The translations under genes and the position numbers were made by a program. Of a DNA stretch of 64,000 nt, positions 41,101 through 47,647 are shown one piece after another. Source of the DNA: Gammaproteobacteria bacterium. GTDB lineage: Bacteria; Pseudomonadota; Gammaproteobacteria; Steroidobacterales; Steroidobacteraceae. Position 1 is the stretch's first letter. Each line of letters starts with the position of its first letter. Under the pieces are notes generated by a model. That model saw nothing but the letters and a program-made list of their open reading frames with translations, was not told the DNA's origin and ran no database searches. The DNA is taken from positions 10,389 through 74,388 of the forward strand of contig JAYVJR010000047.1 in NCBI GenBank assembly GCA_043769085.1, read 5' to 3'.

Positions 41101-41158
41101 GCAACTCAATGGCGCCGGCGAACAATGCTTCAATTCGCTGCCAACGATCCTGTTCCAT
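38117..41158 (-). CDS. Receptor Ser/Thr protein kinase with TM helix and TPR domain (paralog of 35080-38019)
   Basis: GHGGSGDVY, VAIK, HRDLKSGNIL, DFGIA, APEQ. TM helix AVVAACLVFVSLAVGLATAIW. Start at MEQDRWQRIEALF parallels the paralog N-terminus. 73 nt downstream of the sigma gene. Confidence 0.92.
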   Translation of the reverse strand: MEQDRWQRIEALFAGAIELPESQRSVFLARACGADAPLHAELRSLLTAHGTTTGPLDSPPEFGVDSTDGTPRLAAGTRIGTWAIGELIGHGGSGDVYLAHRADGAFEQQVAIKLLRPEAASQVARFNVERQILARLDHAGIARLLDGGLATDGRPYAVVEYVAGVPLIEHCRARSSNLEERLTLFSQVCEVVAYAHRNLIVHRDLKSGNILVTPEGRVKLLDFGIAKQLDPENWHQGDLTRAPFTPDYAAPEQLTGELVTTATDVYALGVLLFELLTDRRPWASAGMALSRMVRLIVHDVPPAPSRVARDRDAPPVAARLLQGDLDAIVAKCLRKEPAHRYATVDELRQDLVSHQQHMPVAARERVGMYVLGTFLRRYRWAVVAACLVFVSLAVGLATAIWQADQAGQQSRRAEAQTRIANAEATKAAFVKDFLLDIFNSNSRQQVDPLKAQNTTALQLLDRAAQRLISMKTSDPVTHDDLLNTVGSLYSEMGAIDTSVILFKSRLDLAKRSFARDDPRVIDALQKYGGALYDAEGWKNAMGPLSEADALLKSRNDLVSLDRARLDIRLGEYWRSTDLKQALFLVHRAVALFRDRYPNDPDYANALLGAGLAESDALHHNLSEQMYRLAVKTQERLGTPEAFRVQNIVMLADAQRSLWMEVPAEQNYRRGLEIARRINGPDHVDTLQTQLRYGGFLRVVSKFRQAIDMLRSAEALAVAKSGDNESFHLPTIRTDLGRALFLWGEPDAALKLSRRAISVREKTRPNTKQHANMLLAMAPQLTMLGRFKEADSALAQAEEISNKVGQPVLTSHLLLFRAENLLAQGAIEESIATIDTAEKAAQEAAVREPTAWRDKHLAQSLRIQRARAMIENTDFFAAAPLLQTPSLAIIGANEAAFFQMLEYERMVLLGRLYTHQRRADLAVPILRTALDWRRAHLSRKSPLVLQASVALAEALAEAGRIEDARRLVIDANAIARQHSQLGRQYLEPLRRAQKQAMLPNADLTKMRQIPEQLD

Positions 41159-41231
41159 TTTTGATCCTCTGCGGGGCATGTCATCGGGACTGCGAAAATC
41201 CTGGCGCACCATACCTGCAACGGTCGGATAT

Positions 41232-41822
41232 TCAGGTGCCTATTGCCGGATCGAGCGCTCGATTGAGCCAGGCGCGAGCTAACACCCAGTCGCGGCGAAC
41301 GGTGCGCTCCGAGAGATTGAGCGCCTTGGCGGTTGCCGCGTCATCGAAGCCACCAAAATAGCGGCATTCCACCACTTGGGCGAGTCGTGGCGCCTCGATC
41401 GACAAAACTTCCAAAGCATCATGCAGGTTCACGATCGTCGCGTCGGAGTCATCGCTACTGATGTCCGGCGCCGCCGTCAGTGGCACGTGCGCCGCACCTG
41501 CGCCGCGCTTGGACGTGAGCCGCGCCTGTGCATGGTTGACCAGCACGTGGCGCATCGCCAGTGCCGCGGCGCGCAGAAAGTGCTGATCGTCGTTCCAACC
41601 GGCCGCACTGCGGAGCTTAAGATAGGCCTCATTCACGAGCACAGTGGTTTGCAGCGTGTGGCCAGCACCGACTCGCTTACGCTCACGATGCGCCAAACGC
41701 TTGAGTTCATCGAAGAAGAGCGGAACCAGGCGATCAGCCAGCGCCCTGACCGGCGCGGCCGTTGCCGGATCAACCCACTGGGACAGGGAATCGGACTCAC
41801 TTTCGTCGGCCAATGGATTCAT
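41232..41822 (-). CDS. ECF-type RNA polymerase sigma factor (kinase-associated, TIGR02999-like)
   Basis: 196 aa. Region 2 (LVNEAYLKL) and region 4 HTH (AKALNLSERTVRRDWVLARAWL). Directly upstream of a Ser/Thr kinase, and no anti-sigma gene is present. Confidence 0.9.
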   Translation of the reverse strand: MNPLADESESDSLSQWVDPATAAPVRALADRLVPLFFDELKRLAHRERKRVGAGHTLQTTVLVNEAYLKLRSAAGWNDDQHFLRAAALAMRHVLVNHAQARLTSKRGAGAAHVPLTAAPDISSDDSDATIVNLHDALEVLSIEAPRLAQVVECRYFGGFDDAATAKALNLSERTVRRDWVLARAWLNRALDPAIGT

Positions 41823-41826
41823 GAAT

Positions 41827-42014
41827 CTAGTTTAGGCACAAAGGCCTGGAATTTCGAGATGGCGTGACCGGATCGGACGCGATTTGCTGTTCTGAAGTGT
41901 GTACTCAAAATTCAGAGCAGCGCCGCCATGAACAATGCCCGACGACGATCTATCTGCCTGTTTATTGGTGAAGCGATTATGACACTCTGCATCGGTAGTC
42001 GCGCGCTCGCGCAG
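41827..42014 (+). repeat. Duplicated 5' module (about 100 bp upstream region plus the first 29 codons), copy 1
   Basis: About 70-80% identical by eye to the reverse complement of 46041-46220. MNNARRRSICLFIGEAIMTLCIGSRALAQ vs MNHARRRSSYRFAGILFMTLCVESRALAQ. Confidence 0.7.
41866..41891 (+). promoter_or_regulatory. Candidate shared promoter, copy A: GACCG-N16-CTGTT
   Basis: GACCGGATCGGACGCGATTTGCTGTT, ending 36 nt before ATG 41928, in the divergent region next to the sigma gene. Confidence 0.5.
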
Positions 42015-43922
42015 GCCGACCAGATTTTGCCGCCGCTTGGCGGCCCAGGGGGTGGCCAGTTCGTGGCTCGCTGCCAACTGGGCGAAATTCTCAACGGTCT
42101 GGAATTACGCACTGGCGATGATGTGGACGGTATCCGCCCCATCTGCCTCGCCGCAAATTCGGCCAATGTCGCCGCGTCACGCCGCGCCTTTGCCACCGGT
42201 TTCGGTGGACCCGGTGCCGGCGTAGTCGCGCTCCTGTGTCAGGACACAGCACCTGCGGTGATCGGTCTTTTTGTCGCTTCGGAAGGCGCTGATTCCCAAA
42301 TCGTAAACAACATCCATCTATATTGCGGTCAGGTTGCGCCGGGACTAAAGCCGACTGGCTACCCTGCCGCTGTATTTGATGGGCCCGGCTATACCGCACC
42401 ACCACACCCTTTCTTTTTGATTGGCCAATCGGTTCAACGACAATCTGGAGACCAAAGTTGTCCCGACAATCTCGTCGCCGTCGGTATCAACGGCCGATCA
42501 GGTATTTGGTTGGACGCACTCGGCCTGATCTGTGGCGCAGCGCCTGCCAATCCTCGGCCGGTCATCTCATCAATCGGGCGGGTGGGCAGGCCGTCCACAC
42601 CCGGCCCGGCGCGTCCCATCTGCGAGGTCGCACGCGAGTCACGAGCGCGTAACTCACCTAACGCCCCTCGGTTGGAAGCCATGTGTGAGGCTAGTAAACC
42701 GACGGTTAGCTCAATCGGGCGGGTGGGCGGGCCGTCCACACCCGGCCCGGCGCGTCCCATCTGTGAGGTCGCACGCGAGTCACGAGAGCGTAACTCACCA
42801 AATGCCGCCCGACTCGAAGCCATGTGCCGCTCAGCAGACTTGCAGGCCCAGCCAGATCTGGCGACAAGCGGCCTGTTGATCGCACAGCAGGATCCGTTAG
42901 CCATGGCGCTTCGCGGTCAGCAAACGGAAGGCCCCGGCCAGCGAGGATTCGATATCGGCATGGCGGCGGCGGAAGGACAAACGGCACCCGGACCTGGCAA
43001 GCAGCGCATCCATGACGCTCTACCTCCGGCAGAACAACGCGGTTTTGAGGCGGCCGTAGCGTTTTCCCTGGAGCGCAACAGAAACGCCCAGTTCGCCGCC
43101 GCCGGAGCAATCATTGCGCGCGCGGACCCGGCAGTTGCGGCCGCGCATAACGTTGAATCAGACGTCTTCTACTGGTTGGGATTCGATATCGCGAGCGCCA
43201 TTTTTGGTGATTTGGCGTTAGGCGCGTTAGGTGATACCGAAATGAACGACGAACATACAAGGATTCTCAATGGCTTGAGCCCAGCCGGACAGCGCGGCTT
43301 CACCGCATCGATGCAGTATCACTTAAGCCGCGATTACGCCCGATCCCTGAGCATTGCTGTAAATCCTGCGATCGCGGATACCGATGTGGTAATCAGTCAG
43401 GTCTACGGCGGCGGCGGCAGCGCTGATTCTTCTTTTGTTAGCGATTTCATCGAATTGCTGAACCGAGGAACCTCCGCAGTCAATCTGAGCGGCTGGTCGA
43501 TTCAATATGCATCCAGCGGCGGACCTGGTTGGCAGGTTGCCCCACTGACGGGCACGATCGCACCCGGCGGGTACTTCCTGATCCACAATTCCAATGGCGC
43601 TGGAGCCGGGAACCCACTACCTAACGCCAATGTCCGCAGTCTCCCTTCGCTGGCAGCCAAAGCGGGGAAAATTGCGCTCGTTAGAAACAACGCCACGCTC
43701 ATTGGCTTCTGCCCGGCAAGCGCCTACATGGTCGATTTTGTCGGCTATGGCGCAGCGAATTGTTCCGAGGGAGGCGCACCGGTAGCGCAGTTAGGCAACC
43801 AAACCGCTGCAGTTCGCAACGCGGCAGGCTGCAGCGATACGAACGCGAACGCAACGGACTTTGAAGTGGCTGCGCCGCAACCACGCAATCAAGCCGCGGG
43901 CGCGGCGAATTGCGAACGCTAG
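41928..43922 (+). CDS. Secreted multidomain protein: Gly-rich lectin-like N-domain (tentative), duplicated Cys module, unassigned shared domain, C-terminal lamin-tail domain (LTD)
   Basis: Signal peptide. GGPGGGQF...VDGIRPIC repeats (jacalin-like, weak call). Shared domain GFDIGMAAAEGQTAPGPGKQRIHD...AVAFSLERNRN. LTD block VISQVYGGGG..FIELLNRGTSAVNLSGWSIQY. Confidence 0.8.
   Translation: MNNARRRSICLFIGEAIMTLCIGSRALAQADQILPPLGGPGGGQFVARCQLGEILNGLELRTGDDVDGIRPICLAANSANVAASRRAFATGFGGPGAGVVALLCQDTAPAVIGLFVASEGADSQIVNNIHLYCGQVAPGLKPTGYPAAVFDGPGYTAPPHPFFLIGQSVQRQSGDQSCPDNLVAVGINGRSGIWLDALGLICGAAPANPRPVISSIGRVGRPSTPGPARPICEVARESRARNSPNAPRLEAMCEASKPTVSSIGRVGGPSTPGPARPICEVARESRERNSPNAARLEAMCRSADLQAQPDLATSGLLIAQQDPLAMALRGQQTEGPGQRGFDIGMAAAEGQTAPGPGKQRIHDALPPAEQRGFEAAVAFSLERNRNAQFAAAGAIIARADPAVAAAHNVESDVFYWLGFDIASAIFGDLALGALGDTEMNDEHTRILNGLSPAGQRGFTASMQYHLSRDYARSLSIAVNPAIADTDVVISQVYGGGGSADSSFVSDFIELLNRGTSAVNLSGWSIQYASSGGPGWQVAPLTGTIAPGGYFLIHNSNGAGAGNPLPNANVRSLPSLAAKAGKIALVRNNATLIGFCPASAYMVDFVGYGAANCSEGGAPVAQLGNQTAAVRNAAGCSDTNANATDFEVAAPQPRNQAAGAANCER
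42558..42839 (+). repeat. Tandem 141-bp (47-codon) in-frame duplication
   Basis: P(V/T)(I/V)SSIGRVG(R/G)PSTPGPARPICEVARESR(A/E)RNSPNA(P/A)RLEAMC occurs twice. The two DNA copies are near-identical. Confidence 0.9.
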
Positions 43923-44039
43923 AAAGCCTCAGCCGCGAGATCACGCCGCTCGAGCTGACACTCGAGTCCCAGGGCAGCGAGGTCTCTGAAGACCAACGAG
44001 GCGGTCGAGACCGATCCGGCATTTGTTAGGGAATCACTG

Positions 44040-44600
44040 ACAGGATTGTCGCTGAGATCATTGCGGCGGTCAGTTGCGCATCTTCGACCAAAAGACCTCT
44101 AAAGATCTTGCGGCACATGCGACCCAAATTCATATGCAGGCGCTGCAAAGCCATGACCCTGCCGCTGGGCATGAGCCGCCCGATTGATCCTGGACTACCG
44201 GGTCCTGGACTCCTGGCGCATGTGCTGAGCTCGAACGCTCGATCCTCTCTGGCTGGGTCGGCGTGGCGTTTTTTATTGCCGTTAGTGAAAGAACTCTCGA
44301 ATCTTGTATTGAGCGCTAACAAGCTGCGTGCCGATGACACGTTGGTACCCGTGTTGGCGCCAGGCTTAGCGCGCGCGGCGCGCGGCGCGCGGCGGAGAAA
44401 TCGGCATTGACTCTGGCCATCCGCTACGCGCTGGTGCGGTGGGAAGCCCTCACTCGCTTTATTGATGATGGCAACATCGAGGTCGACAACAACATTTGTG
44501 AGCGAGATATGCGAGCCGTCGCTTTGGTAAGAAAAAATTGCATGTTCATGCGATCCGATCGCGGCGGCCAACGCGCCGCTGCTGGCGCCAGCGACTCAAG
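44040..44600 (+). pseudogene. IS66-family transposase remnant (internally deleted, frameshifted)
   Basis: RPKFICRRC...GPGLLAHVL...LRADDTLVPVLAPG, then in the next frame IRYALVRWEALTRFIDDGNIEVDNNICERDMRAVALVRKNCMF. These match conserved IS66 Tnp blocks, but large parts are missing. Confidence 0.75.
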
Positions 44601-44681
44601 AAACTGCTCAATCGAAAATGTTAGGAAAGATCTATTTGTCTTGTACCAACGGTTACGTTGCAACAGCGGTAAAGGCAGTTG

Positions 44682-46127
44682 CTATTGCGGCACCCGAATG
44701 GCGGTGGGGAGGTTTTCCTTGAACGCGTCTCGCGCACTCGGATTCCCCAGCAGCGGAATGAGATAGCTCATCGCCGTGTTGAGGTTCTGCTGTTCGCAGG
44801 CCGATTGCGCGAGCCGCACCTGCAGGTCGTCTGCGTAGCGCTGCGTGTTCGCACGCAGGTCAGCGATGAAATTCATCGTGAACTCGACATAGACGTCACA
44901 GTCCTGCGCGCTCGCCTGGCACTGCATATGGCGCGCCGGCTGCTGATAGGACGGATCGGGCGCGACCTGGCTGCAGTCGCGTTCTGCGGGGCGCGGTGGC
45001 ACGACGGGAGGTGTCGAAACGGCGGCCGGCTGCGCCTCCCCCTGCGACAGCGCGGCGCCCTGCACGGCACGGGCCAACGGAGAGCCCGCGTCGACGATCT
45101 GAGTGTCGGGGTGAACCACACTCTCCACGCCCACGCGCGGCGCCATCCTCTGCTTCGCACGGGACTTCACGCCGCCGTTCGCTCCGAAGCGAACCGCGTC
45201 ATTCGCCGCGATGGCCGTTGTACTCGTCAGCTGCTGCGCGAGCACTAGGCTGCGCACACGCGCGGCAATGATGGCGTTAATCTGAGCCTTCGCGTTTCGC
45301 TGCTGACAGCGAGTCTGCTCGATGCGAGTCTGCAAATCATCGAGCCACCCTTCAAACTGCTCCTGCGTGTACGCGAAGGTGTTGTTCGCCATCTTGTAGT
45401 CCATGATGCCGCTCGCGTAGTAGCGGATGTATTTGTTCACGTAGGACGGCGACGGAGCGGGCCGGCGACACGGCTGCTGTGCCGCCTGCGCCTGCGCGGC
45501 CTGATCTGTCGTGACGTTGCGCGAGAGCAGGCGCGCACTCATCTGCGCAAGCTTGGATTGCTCGCAATGCAGGCGCTGTACGCGCACCTGGATGTCGCCG
45601 AGGATGTCGATTTCCCTGCGCCGCAGAAAACCTGTGCCGGCGATGACAGCGGTGACGTCCGGAAAGCCGGTGCCCACGCGGCCGCTCGGATAGGGAGCGT
45701 ACTGCACCGGCGGCTCGAATGCGCATTCGCTCGCCATCTGTAACTCAAACTTGAACAGCAGGCGCGTGTTGGCGGTCTGGCATCGGACCTGCTCTGTGAG
45801 CGCCTGCAGGTCGCCCATCACCTGCTCCAGGTTCCGGATTGTCGAAGTCTGGGAATCGATCACCATGCGCGTGTCAAGAAAGCCGCTGGAGTTAGTGCGC
45901 CGGTAGCTACCGTCGTACGGGCGGGGAGCTGGTCCCTTTGGGCACGGCGTCAGGTCCGGCGCCACCACCTGAGATGCGAGCGCCGCATAGCTGAGAGTGG
46001 GCTCGCGGACGGCGGACGTGGAGATCTGAGGGCTGCCCTGCTGCGCCAGCGCGCGACTTTCGACGCAGAGCGTCATAAACAGAATGCCGGCAAATCGATA
46101 GCTAGATCGTCGACGAGCGTGGTTCAT
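44682..46127 (-). CDS. Secreted hypothetical protein with four internal Cys-containing helical repeats
   Basis: Signal peptide homologous to that of 41928. Repeats: LQALTEQVRCQTANTRLL, IQVRVQRLHCEQSKLAQM, LQTRIEQTRCQQRNAKAQ, LQVRLAQSACEQQNLNTA. No family recognised. Confidence 0.7.
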   Translation of the reverse strand: MNHARRRSSYRFAGILFMTLCVESRALAQQGSPQISTSAVREPTLSYAALASQVVAPDLTPCPKGPAPRPYDGSYRRTNSSGFLDTRMVIDSQTSTIRNLEQVMGDLQALTEQVRCQTANTRLLFKFELQMASECAFEPPVQYAPYPSGRVGTGFPDVTAVIAGTGFLRRREIDILGDIQVRVQRLHCEQSKLAQMSARLLSRNVTTDQAAQAQAAQQPCRRPAPSPSYVNKYIRYYASGIMDYKMANNTFAYTQEQFEGWLDDLQTRIEQTRCQQRNAKAQINAIIAARVRSLVLAQQLTSTTAIAANDAVRFGANGGVKSRAKQRMAPRVGVESVVHPDTQIVDAGSPLARAVQGAALSQGEAQPAAVSTPPVVPPRPAERDCSQVAPDPSYQQPARHMQCQASAQDCDVYVEFTMNFIADLRANTQRYADDLQVRLAQSACEQQNLNTAMSYLIPLLGNPSARDAFKENLPTAIRVPQ

Positions 46128-46220
46128 GGCGATGCTTCTTTAAAATTTGAATACACAGTTCAAAACAGCAATTCGCGCCCGATCCGGCCACTTCATCTCG
46201 AAACAGGTGTTTTGTCCTAG
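46041..46220 (-). repeat. Duplicated 5' module (upstream region plus signal peptide), copy 2
   Basis: Its reverse complement aligns with 41827-42014. Confidence 0.7.
46164..46189 (-). promoter_or_regulatory. Candidate shared promoter, copy B: GGCCG-N16-CTGTT
   Basis: On the gene strand: GGCCGGATCGGGCGCGAATTGCTGTT, ending 36 nt before ATG 46127. Confidence 0.5.
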
Positions 46221-46566
46221 ATTTTTACCCTAGATATATGTCCAAAAATTGTTGGACGTCGAAAGTGCGCCCGATACCCTGCCGCACTTACAGTTGGTCG
46301 GCGAAGACATGCTCACTGATCCGCCTGTAGGCGTTCACAACTTGTCCTTTCTGTAGATCGTTTGGCACCTGTCACGGACTAGGTCCGCGTCGCCCCAGAG
46401 GCAGCCGCCACACCGGATCAAACTTGCGAATCATTCGCGGCAACGTCGCAGCGCTGGGCTTGGACTGGGAACTTGGCATCACGCACCTCCTGATCTCGGG
46501 TGCGCGCGACCATGCCTTCAGAAAATCTGCTGTTCCATGTGTGTTGGCCGTACTCGTACAGCAAAC

Positions 46567-46583
46567 GGGGTGAACCTCACCCC
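46567..46583 (-). terminator. Possible hairpin terminator downstream of 46663-47622
   Basis: GGGGTGA-ACC-TCACCCC, a 7-bp stem. On the minus strand it is followed by GTTTGCTG. Weak U-tract. Confidence 0.35.
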
Positions 46584-46662
46584 CTCACCGCTCTCGTCCC
46601 TCAATTGCGTCAAATTTTTCCCAATCTTTTTGGCGAACACAATGACGCTTTCGATGGAATTG

Positions 46663-47622
46663 TTAGCTCACTGCCGCACGCAAGGCATCCGGTATGGGTT
46701 TCTCGAACTCCTCCCAGCGCGCCTCGAGCAGATCAGGCCGGTCGCGCTCAGCACGGGCGCGGAACTCGGGCGGTAATTCATGCGGCCCGCGCAACTTGCG
46801 GCCGCTCCATGCGCCGAGCATATGCCCAGGCCTATCGCCCATCAGCATCCACTTTGGAAACGGGGAAATGTAAAACCCCGCGGTCTGGTAGAGCAATGAC
46901 GTAATGCGCGGGTTGTCAAACTCGCGCCGCGGCACGAAACTGCAGGAACTCTCGACAAACATCTTCGGCCAGCTCTCAGGCACGGGCCGAATCTGCTCCA
47001 TCTTGATCAGCTCGCCTTCGCGGCGAAACATCAGATTCGGAGTCACCCATTGCGGCTGTGGCTGGTCAAGAGTCAGGAATCCTCGCGGCGAATGCAACAT
47101 GCCCGGATCGCCTGTCAGGAACATGGGCTCAACTTTAAGCGTCTCCCCGGTCACTGGATTGTTAGCAGCATCCGACCATTGCCCGGTACGCAAATCCCGC
47201 GGAAACGACATGTTATGGCCGTGAACGCGCCAAGTCTCGCGGCCGATCCGCCGTAGGTAGGAATACTCCAGTCCTTCGAAGCGCACTATCGGCGTCGGCC
47301 TAAAGCCTGGCGTCACCAGGTACTGCGTAAAGTGGTACCAGGAGGTCACTTGCGCCTCATCGCGCATATCGCGCTCGAAACGCATGTGGGCGCGAAACCG
47401 GCCCATCTCGTCCGGGAACTCGACGAACGATGACTCGATTGGATTCAAGCCACCGGACTTCAGGCTGGCGGCTTCAGCGGGCGAAGCCGCCGTCAAAGCG
47501 CCGCTACCTAACAAAATTGCCGCAGTACCGCCGCCCAGCAGGTCGCGCCGGCCAACATCAAGCGTCCCGGTGTCGGTGGCAAGATCTGCCATCCAGGCGC
47601 GCAACCACCGCTCCGGATTCAT
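46663..47622 (-). CDS. Tat-signal periplasmic protein, DUF1838-like (tentative), paralog 1
   Basis: Twin-arginine motif GRRDLLGGGTAAILLGSGAL. Strong similarity to 52374-53270 (WYHF, RFEGLEYS, HGHNMSFPRDLRTG) and weaker similarity to 50200-51054. Confidence 0.75.
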   Translation of the reverse strand: MNPERWLRAWMADLATDTGTLDVGRRDLLGGGTAAILLGSGALTAASPAEAASLKSGGLNPIESSFVEFPDEMGRFRAHMRFERDMRDEAQVTSWYHFTQYLVTPGFRPTPIVRFEGLEYSYLRRIGRETWRVHGHNMSFPRDLRTGQWSDAANNPVTGETLKVEPMFLTGDPGMLHSPRGFLTLDQPQPQWVTPNLMFRREGELIKMEQIRPVPESWPKMFVESSCSFVPRREFDNPRITSLLYQTAGFYISPFPKWMLMGDRPGHMLGAWSGRKLRGPHELPPEFRARAERDRPDLLEARWEEFEKPIPDALRAAVS

Positions 47623-47647
47623 AACGAGCCCTGCCTGTCATGACCTG

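Noticed and set aside
44026-44571. 181-aa minus-strand ORF.
   Set aside because: It is antisense to the IS66 remnant, whose plus-strand frames carry recognisable transposase blocks.
46128-46662. Possible second mobile-element scar: a short ORF with a strong RBS (MPSSQSKPSAATLPRMIRKFDP...) and neighbouring frame fragments.
   Set aside because: I recognise no transposase motif in any frame, and the segment is too short and broken to call.
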